From: the human T2T-CHM13v2.0 reference genome, Homo sapiens
Reading direction: 5' to 3' (one strand)
Assembly: GCF_009914755.1 (NCBI RefSeq)
Contig: NC_060926.1
DNA length: 64,000 bases
Positions 46,938-64,000 of the stretch are shown here, in pieces (the first letter of the stretch is position 1; every line of letters starts with the position of its first letter). The position numbers and the translations under genes were made by a program. Under the pieces are notes generated by a model. The model was not told where the DNA came from and did not search any database. It saw only the letters and a program-made list of their open reading frames with translations.

Positions 46938-47321
46938 CAGTCATGTGCCACATAACGGTGTTTCAGTCAACAGTGGACTGCATATACAGTGGTTCCACAA
47001 GATTATAATGGAGCTGAAAGATTTCTATCACTTATTAGTGATGTCATAGCTATTGCAATGTCATAGCACAAAGCATTCTGGTTTCTAGGTTTAGATACAC
47101 AAATACTCATCATGTTACAGTTGCCTACAGTACTCAGGACACTAACATGCTGTACATGTTTGCAGCCTAGGAACAATAGGCTATGCCATGTTGTCTAGGT
47201 GCATAGTACACTCTAACATCTAGGTTTGTGTAAGTACACTGTATGATATTCACACAACAATGAAATCGCCTAAGGATGCATTTCTCAGAACATATCCCCA
47301 TACTAAAGCAACACATATCTG
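46938..47321 (+). mobile_element. Tigger3-family (TcMar) deletion derivative
   Basis: TA|CAGTCATGTGCCACATAAC...GTTTGTGTAAGTACACT...GCATTTCTCAGAAC..ATCCCC. Confidence 0.85.
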
Positions 47322-47425
47322 CGAACTAATCTTGTGCTGGTCTATGTTGTAGAAATTGAAGAAATTTGCACTCGTATGCTAAGTAAAACAGGCAAGACTT
47401 GCATCTTAGGAAAAAATCTAGTCTT

Positions 47426-47790
<365 letters not shown>

Positions 47791-49479
47791 CTATCTCTGT
47801 GAGATAGACGGCTATCCATACAAATACCTTCAGAATCTCATTCATTTATCCATTCACGCATGCATGCATCCATTCAGCAAATACTTATACTTTCATGAGA
47901 GAAAAGATCCTCAACTTGCCTGATTTACAAGTCGTATAAAAAATTATTTAGGAGAAATAATATCTAAGGGTAATTGTCTCCCTATAGTTTCAAACATTAG
48001 TATTTTTTAATTGTACAATAATATTCATTTTAGAAAGTCAGTCTTACCCTCCAAATATAACTGCTATTAACAATGATTAATAACAACCATAGACTTAAGT
48101 TGCTATGTATAATTGCATGCATATATTGTTTTTTAAAATACATAGCTTGGCAACTTTCATTTTTCTTTAAAAATATGCATCCTTTCACAAGTGACAGGAA
48201 ACTCAATGCCATACAGCTTCATAGAGGAAATTTATTGGCTCTTATAATTGAAAGGTTGATAGCTTGAGACATGGCTTAATCCGGTTTAATCGTTTAACAC
48301 TTTAGACAGCCCTGTGAGGTGTATGCTGTGAAGGCAAAAACAAATGTCTGCTATGTAATATAAGGTAAATATTTTTACATGTGATTGAAAATAAATATAC
48401 TTACATATACATCAATAAATATGCTTTTACAGCATTATCCAGGAAAGATTCTATTTTTAGACACATTTATTTAACTAATTTCCTATTGTTGAACGTGTGT
48501 AGTAAGTATAAAATAATGATTGAAAATATAGGCTCAAATAACCAGATGATTAACTTTGGACATGTTATTTAATCCTCATCTATAAGATGAGGATACTAAT
48601 GAAACCTACCTGATAAAATTCTTTTAAGTTTGAAATTAATTCATATAAATTGTTCACAGTAGTGCCTAGCATATACTAAACATTCAATAAAAGATGGTAT
48701 TATTATTGTTGCAGCTAGTATTTTTGCTATTATATTATGTAATGTCAGTGATGGATATATTCTCATATAGGAGGCGTGAAATTTAATGCACTTTTTCCCT
48801 TCCGTTAATATAAACTTAGATTTGTAACATATATTGGTTTTATGATGGCATTATTTTTTATTTTACAATTCTTTTATAAGAATATTTTGATATTTGTATT
48901 TTGTTTTGTTTGTAACTAAACTTACAGCTGTGTGTATGTGTTTAAATAGTTTTAATGTTGACCATCTGCTGCTGGGTAAAATGACCTCTCTATCTAGCTC
49001 CTAATTTTGTTTTCTATCTCAAAGTATATATTTAAGAATTTAAAAAAACATAAAGCTGTTATTATTTTTTGCCTATGTATGTCTGAGTATTCACTTCCGA
49101 TTTCTTTACATATTAAAAAACAAGCTGACTGAGTATGAAATTTTTCACTTACAATTGGCTCCTTTCAAAACAATGTAGATATTACTCTATTACTATTGTT
49201 GTTATTTTTGTTTTGTTTTGGTATTCTGTCATGTAGATTCAAACAATTTAAATTTTGTTCCATTTGTAATACATTTTCTTGAACCCTGTATGGTTTTACT
49301 TTATACTTCGGCCAAGATCAGTTAGGTGTAACTCTTTTTCATTGTCATTGCCTAGAGAGCATGGTGATCCCTTCAATGTGTACCTTGCTGAAGAAAGTTT
49401 TCTTCTGTGATATCTCTGATGTTTTTCCTATTCCATTTGTTCTTTTGACACACAATTATGGATATGCCTGTTTTCTGTC

Positions 49480-49960
49480 CTTCTGCTTCCACATTACTCA
49501 TTGGGTTGAAAATTCATTTGCTCCACAGGTCTATTATCCATTCCTCTCCACTGTGTTCTATGTCTTGGGAGTCTGACCTTCATGACTGTGTAATTGGTTT
49601 CCCTGGTCCTCTGCCTTTGTGTGTGTCTGGCCAATGGAAGACATCTGCAGGAGACTGGAGGGCAGAAAAAGCTAGGAATTTATTCCCTCAGTTTCCCCCA
49701 AGCTGGGACAAGGCTTGACAGTGCTTGAATAATTCTACCTCCAGCCACAGCTTCTGTAGACGATCTTCTACTGTTTTCTCCAGGTTTCAATATTTGTTAC
49801 TCCCTTACTTCTTCTGACCTGAGAGTGGTAACTCGTCTCTATTATTGCTACTTCTAGATGCTTCACTATCCCTTGCTGGTTTCCCTTAACTCTACTCATA
49901 CCATTGTACATAGTTCTTTCATTAAAACCCCAATTGCTCTACTTGATTATTTCCTTCCAA
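49480..49960. mobile_element. LTR33/LTR16-like ERVL LTR relic within an antisense HAL1/L1 fragment (about 48900-50800)
   Basis: TGGCCAATGG...GCAGGAGACTGGAGGGCAG...ATTTATTCCC...TTCATTAAA pattern; boundaries approximate. Confidence 0.5.
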
Positions 49961-50210
49961 AACCTTTATTTATTTGCTGATCTAATCATATTTTCTCTCA
50001 TTGTTCTCATATTTTTATTCCCTTATGTTCATCCATGAAAGTTTCTCAGTTTTGTCTGTGGATAGTGGCTCTTTAATGCATTCAGTTTAGGGATCAATTC
50101 CATTCTATATTTTTTAGTATCCTTGCATTATTTTCTTATTCAGTCTCTTTTTCACTTTAGTTAGATAACTTTTTGCCTCCACCTGTTTTCTTTTAATAAC
50201 TGTCACTTCA

Positions 50211-50522
50211 GCCTGGCGCAGCGGCTCACATCTGTAATCCCAGCACTTTGGGATGCCAAGGCGGGCAGATCACAATGTGAGGAGCTTGAGACCAGTCTGT
50301 CCAATATGGTGAAACCCCCATCTCTACTAAAAATACAAAAGTTAGCCGGGCATAGTGGCACCCGCCTGTAGTCCCAGTTACTAGGGAGGCTGAGGCAGAA
50401 TTGCTTGAACCTGGGAGGCGGAGGTTACAGTGAGCCAAGATCATACCACTGCACTCTAGCCTACGGGACAGAGCGAGACTCTGTCTCAAAAAACAAAAAG
50501 CAAGGAAGCAAACAAACAAAAA
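50211..50522 (+). mobile_element. AluS SINE
   Basis: Two-arm Alu; TSD AATA(A/TC)CTGTCACTTC. Confidence 0.92.
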
Positions 50523-51608
50523 ATATCCTGTCACTTCTTGCTTTGTAGAAGACATGTTTTCTTGCTATTTTGTTGGGTTGCTAGATGTTTATTGAAGGTT
50601 TGTTTTTTAAGTCTACAAGCAATCATTTTCAGAGTCCAGAGTGCCCACCATTACTCTATGGAAACTTGCATTCAAGCAATTGTTTTCAAAGGCAAGCTTT
50701 CATTCTTAAACTTCTTGTTGCTATTTACTTATTTTTTCCTTAGGAGATTTTTTCCCTTCCCCACAGGCTTCAGTTTTCTCTCTATATTTATCCTGGCGCC
50801 AGGTGAAATCTGTGCAGTTACACTGTAACCATCCCGTACCTCTCCTCTCTGTCTTCTCAGTCATTCCCTGGGTAGCATGTTCTTTGCCTGTATGCAGAAA
50901 GATGTTGACAGTGAGGATGATCCACCATGGGAAAGTGACCAGGGATGGACAGCAAGGGTGTCCAGTTCTTCACTATGACAGGTTCTAGCTCTTGTAGTCA
51001 TGAAAACATGTTAGGGGAATTGTGAAGTATTTCCCTACTTCTTTCAGGTAACTCCTTTTTTAGGAAACAAAACTGTGATGTACCAAGAATATGCTATAAT
51101 GATTAGGAGTAGAGATTTTCTTGGTTTAAATGTCAACACCACCATTTGCTAGCTGTATGCAAATCAACTTCTCTGTGCCTCTGTTTTCCTCAACTGAAAA
51201 TGTTATTTAATTATAGTAAATATTTTGTTGGTTTCTTGTACAGATTCAATGATTAGTACAAGTAAACCCCTTAGAACAGTGCCAGGTATATAATAAGTAC
51301 TACATAACTGCTTGCCATTATTCCTGTGAGTTGTAGCTGGGAAGATTTTTCTCTCAATCTGACTCCTTTATAATTAATGTCAATTATCTATAATCTTAGT
51401 AGTGAGTCATTTGTCCATTATGATTTTTGATGTACAAGATTTCAGTTTCTTCTTTGTCTCCCCAAGTACTTTAGGGAAAGATATTGAGAAGTTTGGAAAT
51501 GATCTTTAGACCTTCTTGGAATAAGCTGGACCACCAATAAACCGTGGACTTTAGTTGTAATTTCTAAACACTCTGCAGAATTGCTTTCATCAAGTAGGTT
51601 TTGTAGTA

Positions 51609-51651
51609 CTAGGTGGGTGCAAAAACTGCAATTACTTCTGGACCCACCTAA
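51609..51651. mobile_element. MADE1 (Hsmar1 MITE), internally deleted
   Basis: TA|CTAGGTGGGTGCAAAAACTGCAATTACTTCTGGACCCACCTAA|TA with TA TSD. Confidence 0.75.
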
Positions 51652-51776
51652 TAACTTACTGCCCTTTTAAAATGAAAGCTGAACTCCCCAGGTTATAAAA
51701 CCTAACATCACAATTTAAAACTTTGGAGGAATTTCAGCCTAAAATGGTTTTTTTTTTCTTTTTTTAGAAGAACCAG

Positions 51777-52628
51777 GTAGGGAGTTCTAAAAATAACAAA
51801 CACTAAAACAGATCTGTTTTTTGACACCAAATGTGTGAGTTTTGTACACCAAAAAATTCTCTAATTCTCTGTGAACACCAACTGGTCTCCTACAATTTAA
51901 CTCAACTCTGACAGTAACTACCAGAGTTAGCCCAGACACCCACAAGTTAAGAGCTCTGTCCCACAAAACTGCCCCCCACTTCAGACCCTAGTCACAAGTT
52001 CCAGGTTATGACCTGTGCTTCTGACCAACCAGCTACAAATCAGAGGTACCCACACCACCTCCACAGGTTCAATAATTTGCTGGAATGGTCCCCAGTACGC
52101 AGGAAAGTGTTTTACTTGCTATTACCAGTGTATTATAAAGGATGCAACTCAGGAACAGCCAAATGGGAGAGCTGGATGGGCAAGGTTTGAGGATGGGGGG
52201 TTCCAGCAGCTTCCATGCCCTCTCCGGGTACACCACTGTTCTAGCACATTGATGTGTTTACCAGTCCAGAAGCTGTCCAAAGCCTGTTGTTTAGGGTTTT
52301 TATGGAGACTTCATTACATAAACCTAATTGATGAAATCATTGGTCAATGGTGATGAAGTCGCTCTCCAGCCCCCTCCTCTTTCTGGAGGTCAGGGAGTGG
52401 GGCTGCAAGTTCCAGTGCTCTAATCCCATGGTTGATTCCTCTGGCAACCAGGCTTCATGCTCCCAGAGCCACCTCAGCAAAAACTCTCGTGTAATTGAAA
52501 TGGGTTTATTATGAGTAACAAATATGCTTCTCTAACTCCTACCACCCAGGAGATTCCAACGATTTTAGAAGCTCTGTGCCAGGAACTGGGGGCAGAGAGA
52601 AAATATATATATTTCATATTACATCACA
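51777..52628 (-). mobile_element. MER21-like solo LTR
   Basis: GACACCAAATGTGTG...CAACTCTGACA..AACTACC.GAGTTAG...GTCCCACAAAACTGCCCCCCACTTCAGA...GGAACAGCCAAATGG. Confidence 0.75.
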
Positions 52629-53650
52629 GGAATATATACTGTATTATTGGAGAAAGGAACGACATCAAAATGTGCTTTGGTGAAACACATCTCTAGACAA
52701 CCTGTAACCAAGCTTCAAATCCTGCCAACTTACCTCATTCTGTTTAATATGACCCAAATGAGCTCCGGGTTTTTCAGAGGAAATTATAAAGGCAAAGATT
52801 ATACTTGCTTTGGGAACACTTGAACGAGTAAGAATTCTGTCTTGCCCTTTATTCTCTTCAGTTTGCACAAGCTTATGTAAAATGATCAAAAGAAAAATAA
52901 TATAAATGAAAAATGATCTCTCACTACAACTATCAATAAACATATTACCAAATTCATGCTTTTATTTTGGAGTTTCTAACATTGTTCTTGCTGATTTGAA
53001 GTTGCAACAATAAGATATTGATAAATGTGTAATAAAAACATGGAAAGCAATTTGGAGCAATATTAAAATATGAAGAACTTCAACAAACAAAAATGTGTCC
53101 ACCAAAGTGTCCACATCAATTTTTATATTTGATCCTTTGAATTCAACTTTTAAATTTCACATCCTTTCTGTGTGTACAAAGCTGCAATGTGAATTGTGAT
53201 TAAACTGACCTGGAATTATAAGAAATTACTATCAAAGAAGCAGTTGAACTTTTCAATTAATCTTTATTGCACTAAACTAATGACTTGCACTAACATTACA
53301 GTTGTATTTTAAACAGTGTCAACAATTTAAACGAGCCAGATAATTGATTGAACATGAATTAACATAGGTGGAAAAACTAATGGGAAATAAATTATTTCCA
53401 CAGTAGTAACATTTTATTTAAACTATATGATAATTATGTCGACTATAACTGGGGCCGATTTAGTGTGCTACCAGAACAAATTGATGCTATACATTTGAAA
53501 AGCAAGAATATCTATGTGCTAAATCTGACAGATCTACCTAACACATAGCAAAATAAAAGTTTGATTATTGGCTAAGTTATGTAGTCTAATATGAAGAGAG
53601 AAACTGAGAATTATTTTAATTAACCAGAAAATTGACAAATCTCTTCTTGA

Positions 53651-54048
<398 letters not shown>

Positions 54049-54897
54049 TAGAGGTACACTTTTGGAGTCTCTGATGAGAATCAGTCTTAGTAGTGAACAC
54101 TGAATGTGGGTGTCTATGTGTACGTTTCCCTTAAGTGTAAAATATAAATATTGTGCTAAAAATGAAGGAGAAAGAGAGGACCACACATGTGAATAAAGGA
54201 AACTGCAGAGACTAAAATAAAACTGATTGTGTACTTAGAATTCTTTCTGGCAATATGTTCTTTGAAGAGGATAATGGCAAAGTCAGAAACTTTCATGTGT
54301 GAGAAGCTACAAGGATAATTATGTCTTCAGCAAAAAGGCATGCAAAAACTATCCTACAGGTTTCGCCTCCAAATCAGTGGAAGAGCAGGTTTTTTGTTCC
54401 AGAGGTTACCTATACAGGAAACATTTGTGTTTCTGAAGATGAAAGCTTGTCAGAGGTTCTGGGAACCAGCCAAAAACGACTAACTTCTCTGACAGGATGT
54501 GATGGATGATTTAAAAGGTATGTAAAGAATAGAGATACAATCTGACGGTTAGTCAATTGATCTTTAAAGAAAGATTTCAAAGAAAGAAAAGCAGTCTTTA
54601 AAGAAAGATTTAAAATATACATAAATATGTATAGAACATTCTAATATCTATGAATAAAAGAATGTTTCAGTGGTATTTGCTATATACCTAATCAGAGAGC
54701 AATAAGAGTCACTCAAAAATTATCTTTAAAGTGATATTTTAAAATGAGAGGTGAGAAATTTTAAACTCAAATCTGGAATTGTCTGGAGCATTTTGTGTAG
54801 AAGATAGAGTCCCATGTAGTCATTTATACTGCTTACATATATGTTTAGTGATTGTGTTGCATAACTCTTGTAGCAACAGAAATTCCAGTTTTCTGTT

Positions 54898-55035
54898 TCA
54901 TAATTTTACAAAATACCATTTGTGTAAATTTTATAAAAACACCATGTCATAATTTTACAAAATTTCATTTCTGTAAATTTTGTAAAAAAACAAATTTCAT
55001 TTCAGTACGTCATAATTGTACAAAATCTTATTTCT
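54898..55035. repeat. Degenerate AT-rich tandem repeat (about 2.5 units) with internal hairpins
   Basis: TCATAATT(T/G)TACAAAAT starts at 54898, 54947 and 55010. Confidence 0.8.
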
Positions 55036-55223
55036 AAAAATTAGTCTCAACAATTCAAAACACAAAGTAATTGGTGTTTATGATTCCTTTTCCTTCTCTT
55101 TATGTGTTATGTCTTTAAATATCCCAACCCTCTGAGTAGCCATTTCTGTAATAAAGCACCCATTTCACATGACTGCCTGTTCTAAGATGTATTCCTCTTC
55201 CTTTGCTGTGCAAACAACCTGAC

Positions 55224-57770
<2,547 letters not shown>

Positions 57771-57889
57771 TAATTGTGACAATCCCACATTTGACTAATA
57801 TTTTAATTACTAGACTCTACTAAAAAAACTGAGAAATCCATTTGACCTAAATTAAATAAGTGATAACAGTTTTCATGTCACTTTTCCAT

Positions 57890-58430
57890 TGAGAAAGAGA
57901 AAGTGGTCTTTAATATCCAGGGCTGGCCTGGCACTCATTGCCAGGTTGTGGTGTTCAGTTGAATATGCCAGTTTTGTAGAACATCAACATCAGATAAAGC
58001 CACTCAAGGATTATGAAAGATGAGGGCAAAAACAAGACTGCTCCTTAATCATGTCTGAACACTAACAACATCAACATTATCCAGGTCACAAAATACCAAA
58101 CACTGTCTTTGCTCAGATAATGTGAATGACTATTGCTTATTTACCTGTGAGAGCTCCTGTGTCTCTCCATTTTTACTTCATTTTCTACTTAAAATTTATT
58201 AAAATAACAAATCATAGAATTAGCTTTCTGGCAGCATTCAATCCAGAGTGAACTCTCTCTTCCTTCAACTCTTCTCCAAATTACCTAATACAAGTGTAAA
58301 TCCTACAGTTAGTCATTCCTAACACCTTCTCTTTAAAGTACCCTGTGGTTCTTTCATTGCAAGAAGAAATAAGCTCAACTGTGTTTGATTATAGGTGTGT
58401 TTCTGATGTTCTTTTGTGGGGGGAGATTGA
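57890..58430 (+). mobile_element. ERV1-class solo LTR relic (MER90-like)
   Basis: GCTGGCCTGGCACTC...AGAACATCAACATCAGA...AAAAACAAGAC..CTCC.TAATCATGTCTGAACAC; family name from memory. Confidence 0.5.
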
Positions 58431-59443
58431 TGCCACATAACAAAGTTTAGTAGTACAAAGCAAAGTGTAGTAGTATAAAATTCAAAGTAGTGACTAAAGG
58501 TAAGGATTTTCAAATAATGAGTGGGTAATACTGAGACCCTGTTGGTGAGGCCAGCTTTTCTCTCTAGAAGGACTAGAACATTGCTTGAGCTTTTATATCC
58601 ATTTTTATTCATTCAACCAGTAAGTCATTCTGTCATACATTCTTTCATTAAACAAATATTTACTAAGTGTATAAAATGTGCCAAGCATTGTGTTAGGATT
58701 GGAGAACAAAAAAACAAATATAGTTCTTCCTCTTATTGACCCTATAGGTTCAGTTGGACATTAATTAGCTAATTATCTACAGATCTACAGATTGAAGAGG
58801 ATTTTTGCTTTATACACTAGGACATTTCCTTTGTCACCATGAAAGTAAAACTGCTCTAATCAGATGGGTATTTCTGTTTTGAGCCACTTATTCAACCCAC
58901 AGGAAATAAGCAGATGTTTTATGCAATATTCTATTAAAGGATCTAAGAGAAAAGTCTCTCATTAGGGTAACTGAGATCCTGGAATAAACATTAATCATTA
59001 AATATAATTCAAGGTACAATTTTGGAAGCCTTTTCTGATTTGATTAAGCTTAATACCAAGAGTTTACGTTATTTTATTTACTAGAGAAAAGCAAGCTGGA
59101 TCTCTTATTCATATTAGTTCTACAAAATATGGAGTGAGACAAAAGTTAGTCTAGGTTACAGCCATAACATATCTTTCAGTGTTTTTACTTGGTGGATTCC
59201 TAGACACTCAGCTCAAGTGATAATAATAATAATAATGTTATTTTCCTGTGGGGACAATAGGAGAAATTTCCTAGCCAAGATATGGCATTGCCAAGAGGCT
59301 AGACACTGAACTGAGCATGTGCTATGGTATGTCTCTTAACCTTTAGTCATGGATGTATTCATTCATTCAACCAAAATTTATTGAGCACCTATTAGGTTCC
59401 AGGTACTGGGCTGGGACACACATTAATCAAAGAATCACTTTTA

Positions 59444-59737
59444 GGCCAGGCGCATTGGCTCATGCCTGTAATCCCAGCAGTTTGGGAGGCCGAGGCGGGC
59501 AGATCACTTGAGGCCAGGAGTTTGAGACCAGCCTGGCCAACATGTCAAAACCCTAAAAATACCAAAATTAGCTGGGCCTGGTTGTGCGCGCCTATAATCC
59601 CAGCTACTCAGGAGGCTGAGGCAGGAAAATCGCTTGAACCTGGGAGGCAGGGGTTACAGTGAGCCAAGTTCACACCACTGTACTCCAGCCTGGGCAACAG
59701 AGTGAGACTCTGTCTATAAAAAAAAGAAGAAAAAAAG
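59444..59737 (+). mobile_element. Alu (Sz/Jb-like) SINE inserted in an antisense L2
   Basis: GATCACTTGAGGCCAGGAGTTTGAGACC; partial TSD AAAGAATC. Confidence 0.92.
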
Positions 59738-62476
59738 AATCGCAAATATAAAGTTACAGCTGTGATAAATACCAAGAAGGAAGGGCACAAGGTTCTCTGA
59801 GAGTGTCTGATGGGGAAAGTAACGTTGTCAAACAGGTTAAGAATAGTTTTCCTGGGATGATGCTAATCATGCTAAGATTAAAAAGAAGTTACTCTGTTCA
59901 TAGCAAATGTATGTGATGTTATCATACCCACCTCTAGAAGAGAGAAATGCATCTCAGGTATATCTAGCAATGGAGGAGTGGGTGAGCCAAGATTTAAACC
60001 TGTCTGTGATTTTTACAATCCAGTGTGTATCCATCACATTGTGTAACTGTGCCTCCTTCAATTAGCATGTTCTTGCTCTGTTAGAATTTTGTGTACACAT
60101 CGGTTCTCCCAATTAGACAGAAATGTCCTAAAGGGCAGGAACTGTAGTTTATATAACACAGTTCCAGATACATAAGTGTAATTCTCTAAAAGTTGACTAG
60201 ATGATAAATAATCAACATATTCACTGCAAGTCAGTTTATTTTAAAGATCCTTTTTTAGGGGAAGGTGATTTGAATAATTTTTGTATTGTAAAACAAAATG
60301 TCCATGAAATTTTGAACTGATACTGTTTCTTTTCTTTTCATTGAATTATAGAAGTATTTATTCAAATTCATTCTATTGACATTTAAAGTTGTATTATTCT
60401 TTTAAAATGGCCTCTGTGGCCCATAGTAATGTGAAAGCTCCTCTCTTTGTTTGATTTACTAGAAAAATCAAGGCAAAATTGTCATTTATTTTAAAGCAAT
60501 TACAGATCTGTGTGATATAGGCCTTGATTCTATTTATTTTCCTGTCCCCATTTTTTTCATTTATTTATTTTATTATCTTGTTTTGTGTATTTCTTACAAA
60601 TCACCTTTAATTCTTCTTGGAATGTGGCAAGACATAAATAAATACATAGTATTTTAGAAGGCCTAGCAGACTAATTCAGATTTAGGGAACTAAACTTCCA
60701 TAAGACTATTATTCCCATTATCATTCTTCTATGGTTTATTTTTATTTTAATCTCTTTATCTGGGAAAAACTTAAGGAAAGCCCTTAAAAAGAAAAGAAAA
60801 TAGAAAAGAGGAGCTGAAAGGGATGTCTAGAGACAGAGATATAGCAGCAGTTAAGTCAGTGTCTTGATGATGGTGATGATGGTGGAGGTGATGGTGATGA
60901 AGGGGGTTTATGGGATCATTGTGTGGGTATATTCTGTAAGACCTTTGTACCAACAGTAAATGGTTCTGTCATCTAGTTGATTCACTGCCAAGTGCCAAAA
61001 TAGTATGGATAAATAAAGGTAATAAAAAATGAAGTATATGAGTAGTAAGGCAGGTGAATGAGCAAAGTAAAATGTGAAAAAAGAGACAAAGCTAAAATCT
61101 AGACAGGAAGAGGAAGAGAGGATGGCCCTTGCGTGAGGCTGATGTTTTAAGGGACTTTGTTGTCTATGTCGTATTTTCCTAAAAGAAGAATACATTCATT
61201 AATTTCCTACATAATTAATTTATTTCTAGAGCAGATGCCTGCAGAGCAAGCTTTGTGGCTAGGCTTTCTATATCTTAGAAGTTCACTGGCATCACAGTCA
61301 TTCCATAAACAGCAGTTTAATAAGAGGTCAGACCTTATTTTCTCTAAAATCTCCAGGCAATTTTAAATCTTAAACTGAGCATCCCCAGTTCTCAAAACTG
61401 TTAAATCTGGTCTCATAGTAGAGATACATAACTAGGTCTTCTAAAACCAAACAGCACCTAGAAAAAACCTGACCTAAGAGAAGGTTAGTTTCTAAGTCAG
61501 ATGCAAGATTTTGGCAGAACTCAGTCATTACAGGAAGATTTTAAACACAAAATAATTCATTCAGAATCACCAAACAGAGGAGACAGTACTGGTTTAAACG
61601 GAGAAAAGAACTTGAGTTTCCCTCTTGACTAATTTCACTGTCTAGTTTTATACATAGCTATACTGAAAAAACTGAAAGGAAAAATCAGGACTTTCTTCAG
61701 TGGTATTTTATATTAATGTGTGAACAAACAATCCTCATGCCATGGAAGATTTGTCTTGATTCTGTAACAAGCCCATATCGAACCATTCCCTTAAAGAGGA
61801 AATGCCAGCTAATGGTTTCCGTCAAATCACATTGTTCGTAAAAGCAGAAAGGACAAGGAGGTAGACGAGAAAAGATGGGTAAATCAACTCAGGGAAATTC
61901 CTCTGCATTATTTATTCATCAACCAATAAACCAATATTTAGTGAACATGCATGAAAGATGCTACTGAGGAGTATAAAAAAGAATGCGACCCAGTAACTTG
62001 AAGTAAGGGCACAGTTCTCACTCTTGAGCACTCTCAATCAATGCTCTATGCTTTAATTTTAGTAATGATCTTAATAACAATTGAAATCCCTTGTAAACTG
62101 TCTCATAAATTTCTTATATCCTTGGGAGAGGTATGATTTTTGCCTTTCTTTGTTACTCTTTGCTTTGGTGACCATGAAAAGGTAGGGCTGGAAAACTTCA
62201 GAATTCCTTTCCATCTCTAAAATACTGTACTATGCTATACTACAATGTAATATAACTCAATTCTTTTTCACATAGAGCATAAGTGCATGCATCCATTTTT
62301 TATTTTATTCAAATGTACTTCTTTGATAAAATATACTTTCTATAAAGAAGACCCATGTTTTCAGTGTATAATAATTTTTATTGTTCATTTAGCTAATACA
62401 GATTGAGTAAGCATTATCCAATACACTTGATTCTGTGGTCAGTGCTGGAATATAACATAGATCTTAAAATTCAGTG

Positions 62477-63107
<631 letters not shown>

Positions 63108-63117
63108 CTGTAGTGGT

Positions 63118-63429
63118 CTTTTTTGTTTGTTTGTGTTGTTTTGTTTTTTGAAAGAGTCTCTCTCTATCACCCAGGTTGGAGTGCAGTGGCATGATCTTGG
63201 CTCATGGCAACCTCCATCTCCCAGGCTCAAATGATTCTCATGCCTCAGCCTCCTGAGTAGCTGGAACTACAGGCATGGGCCACCATGCCTGGCTAATTTT
63301 TGTATTTTCAGTAGAGATGGGGTTTCACCTTGTTGGCCAGGCTGGTCTCAAACTCCTGACTTCATGTGATCCGCCGGCTTTGGCCTTCCAAAGTGTTGGG
63401 ATTATAGGCGTGAGCCAACACACCCAACC
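63118..63429 (-). mobile_element. AluS SINE
   Basis: Antisense Alu; TSD TGTAGTGG(T/C)CTT. Confidence 0.93.
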
Positions 63430-64000
63430 GTGTAGTGGCCTTTATTACAGCAATACACGTGACAGATTTTGCGAGGCCTCACAAAGGAACTCAGATTTTG
63501 AGAGCCATGTTCTCAAGAACTTAGTTCTAACCTGCTTTGAAAAACATTGTTAATTTCTTTATTCTGTAAAAACAACAATTAGAAAAACCATGATCTTCGT
63601 TTAGACTCAACATTACACTAAGGCACTACGAGAATGTTATAAAACAGAGAGACATAAAACTATGGTGAGTTAAACATAGTAAGAGAAGCAGCTACTTTGG
63701 GTTAAAAGAACAATGACCATGAGACAGTGAGAAAAAAGCAGGGTGGATGAAAAATTATAGATATGCTAGCCAGAAAAAAAGTCACTACTGTGTAATTATC
63801 TGTTACTAAAGGATGTGGGCCCTGTGGTTTTGGGTAGACTTGTTTGAGGCATGTTTGTCTGTAGGGTTGGCTGAAGTTGTAGGCAGGGATGGAAGGACAA
63901 AGAAAGATAAATCTCTTTGGGAGCAAACACAGAAGAAACTATTGCGAAGTCTTCCAGCTTCTGAACACTTGCAGTTTTCTGCTGGACTATCTTGTGGGCA

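Noticed and set aside
60865-60901. Poly-His ORF on the minus strand
   Set aside because: Degenerate (GAT/GGT)n low-complexity repeat with no coding context

Overview
This is AT-rich, CpG-depleted primate (probably human/hominoid) nuclear DNA, intergenic or deep-intronic. I find no convincing protein-coding exon, tRNA, rRNA or CRISPR array. The longer ORFs mostly come from Alu, L1 or THE1 sequence; the rest look like chance ORFs. The window is dominated by interspersed repeats: about 19 Alus (J/S/Y, many with visible target-site duplications, TSDs), several L1 and HAL1 fragments, one complete THE1 (MaLR) provirus with a 5-bp TSD, solo LTRs (MST, MER41A, MLT1, MER21-, LTR33- and MER90-like), DNA transposons (MER1B, MER53, MER82, Tigger3, MADE1) and MIR/L2 relics. 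Subfamily names come from recalled consensus sequences and need RepeatMasker/Dfam confirmation. I see no evidence of a new multi-gene system. The most interesting signals are: (1) a repeat-poor, CpG-enriched block at 28.8-30.2 kb with a near-consensus CTCF motif plus MAF/NF-kB-like sites, lying inside a ~21-kb Alu-free interval; (2) an old L1 with a twin-priming-type 5' inversion inside a nested insertion stack; (3) a closely spaced inverted Alu pair; (4) two AluY copies sharing unusual variants; and (5) several small duplications and hairpins.
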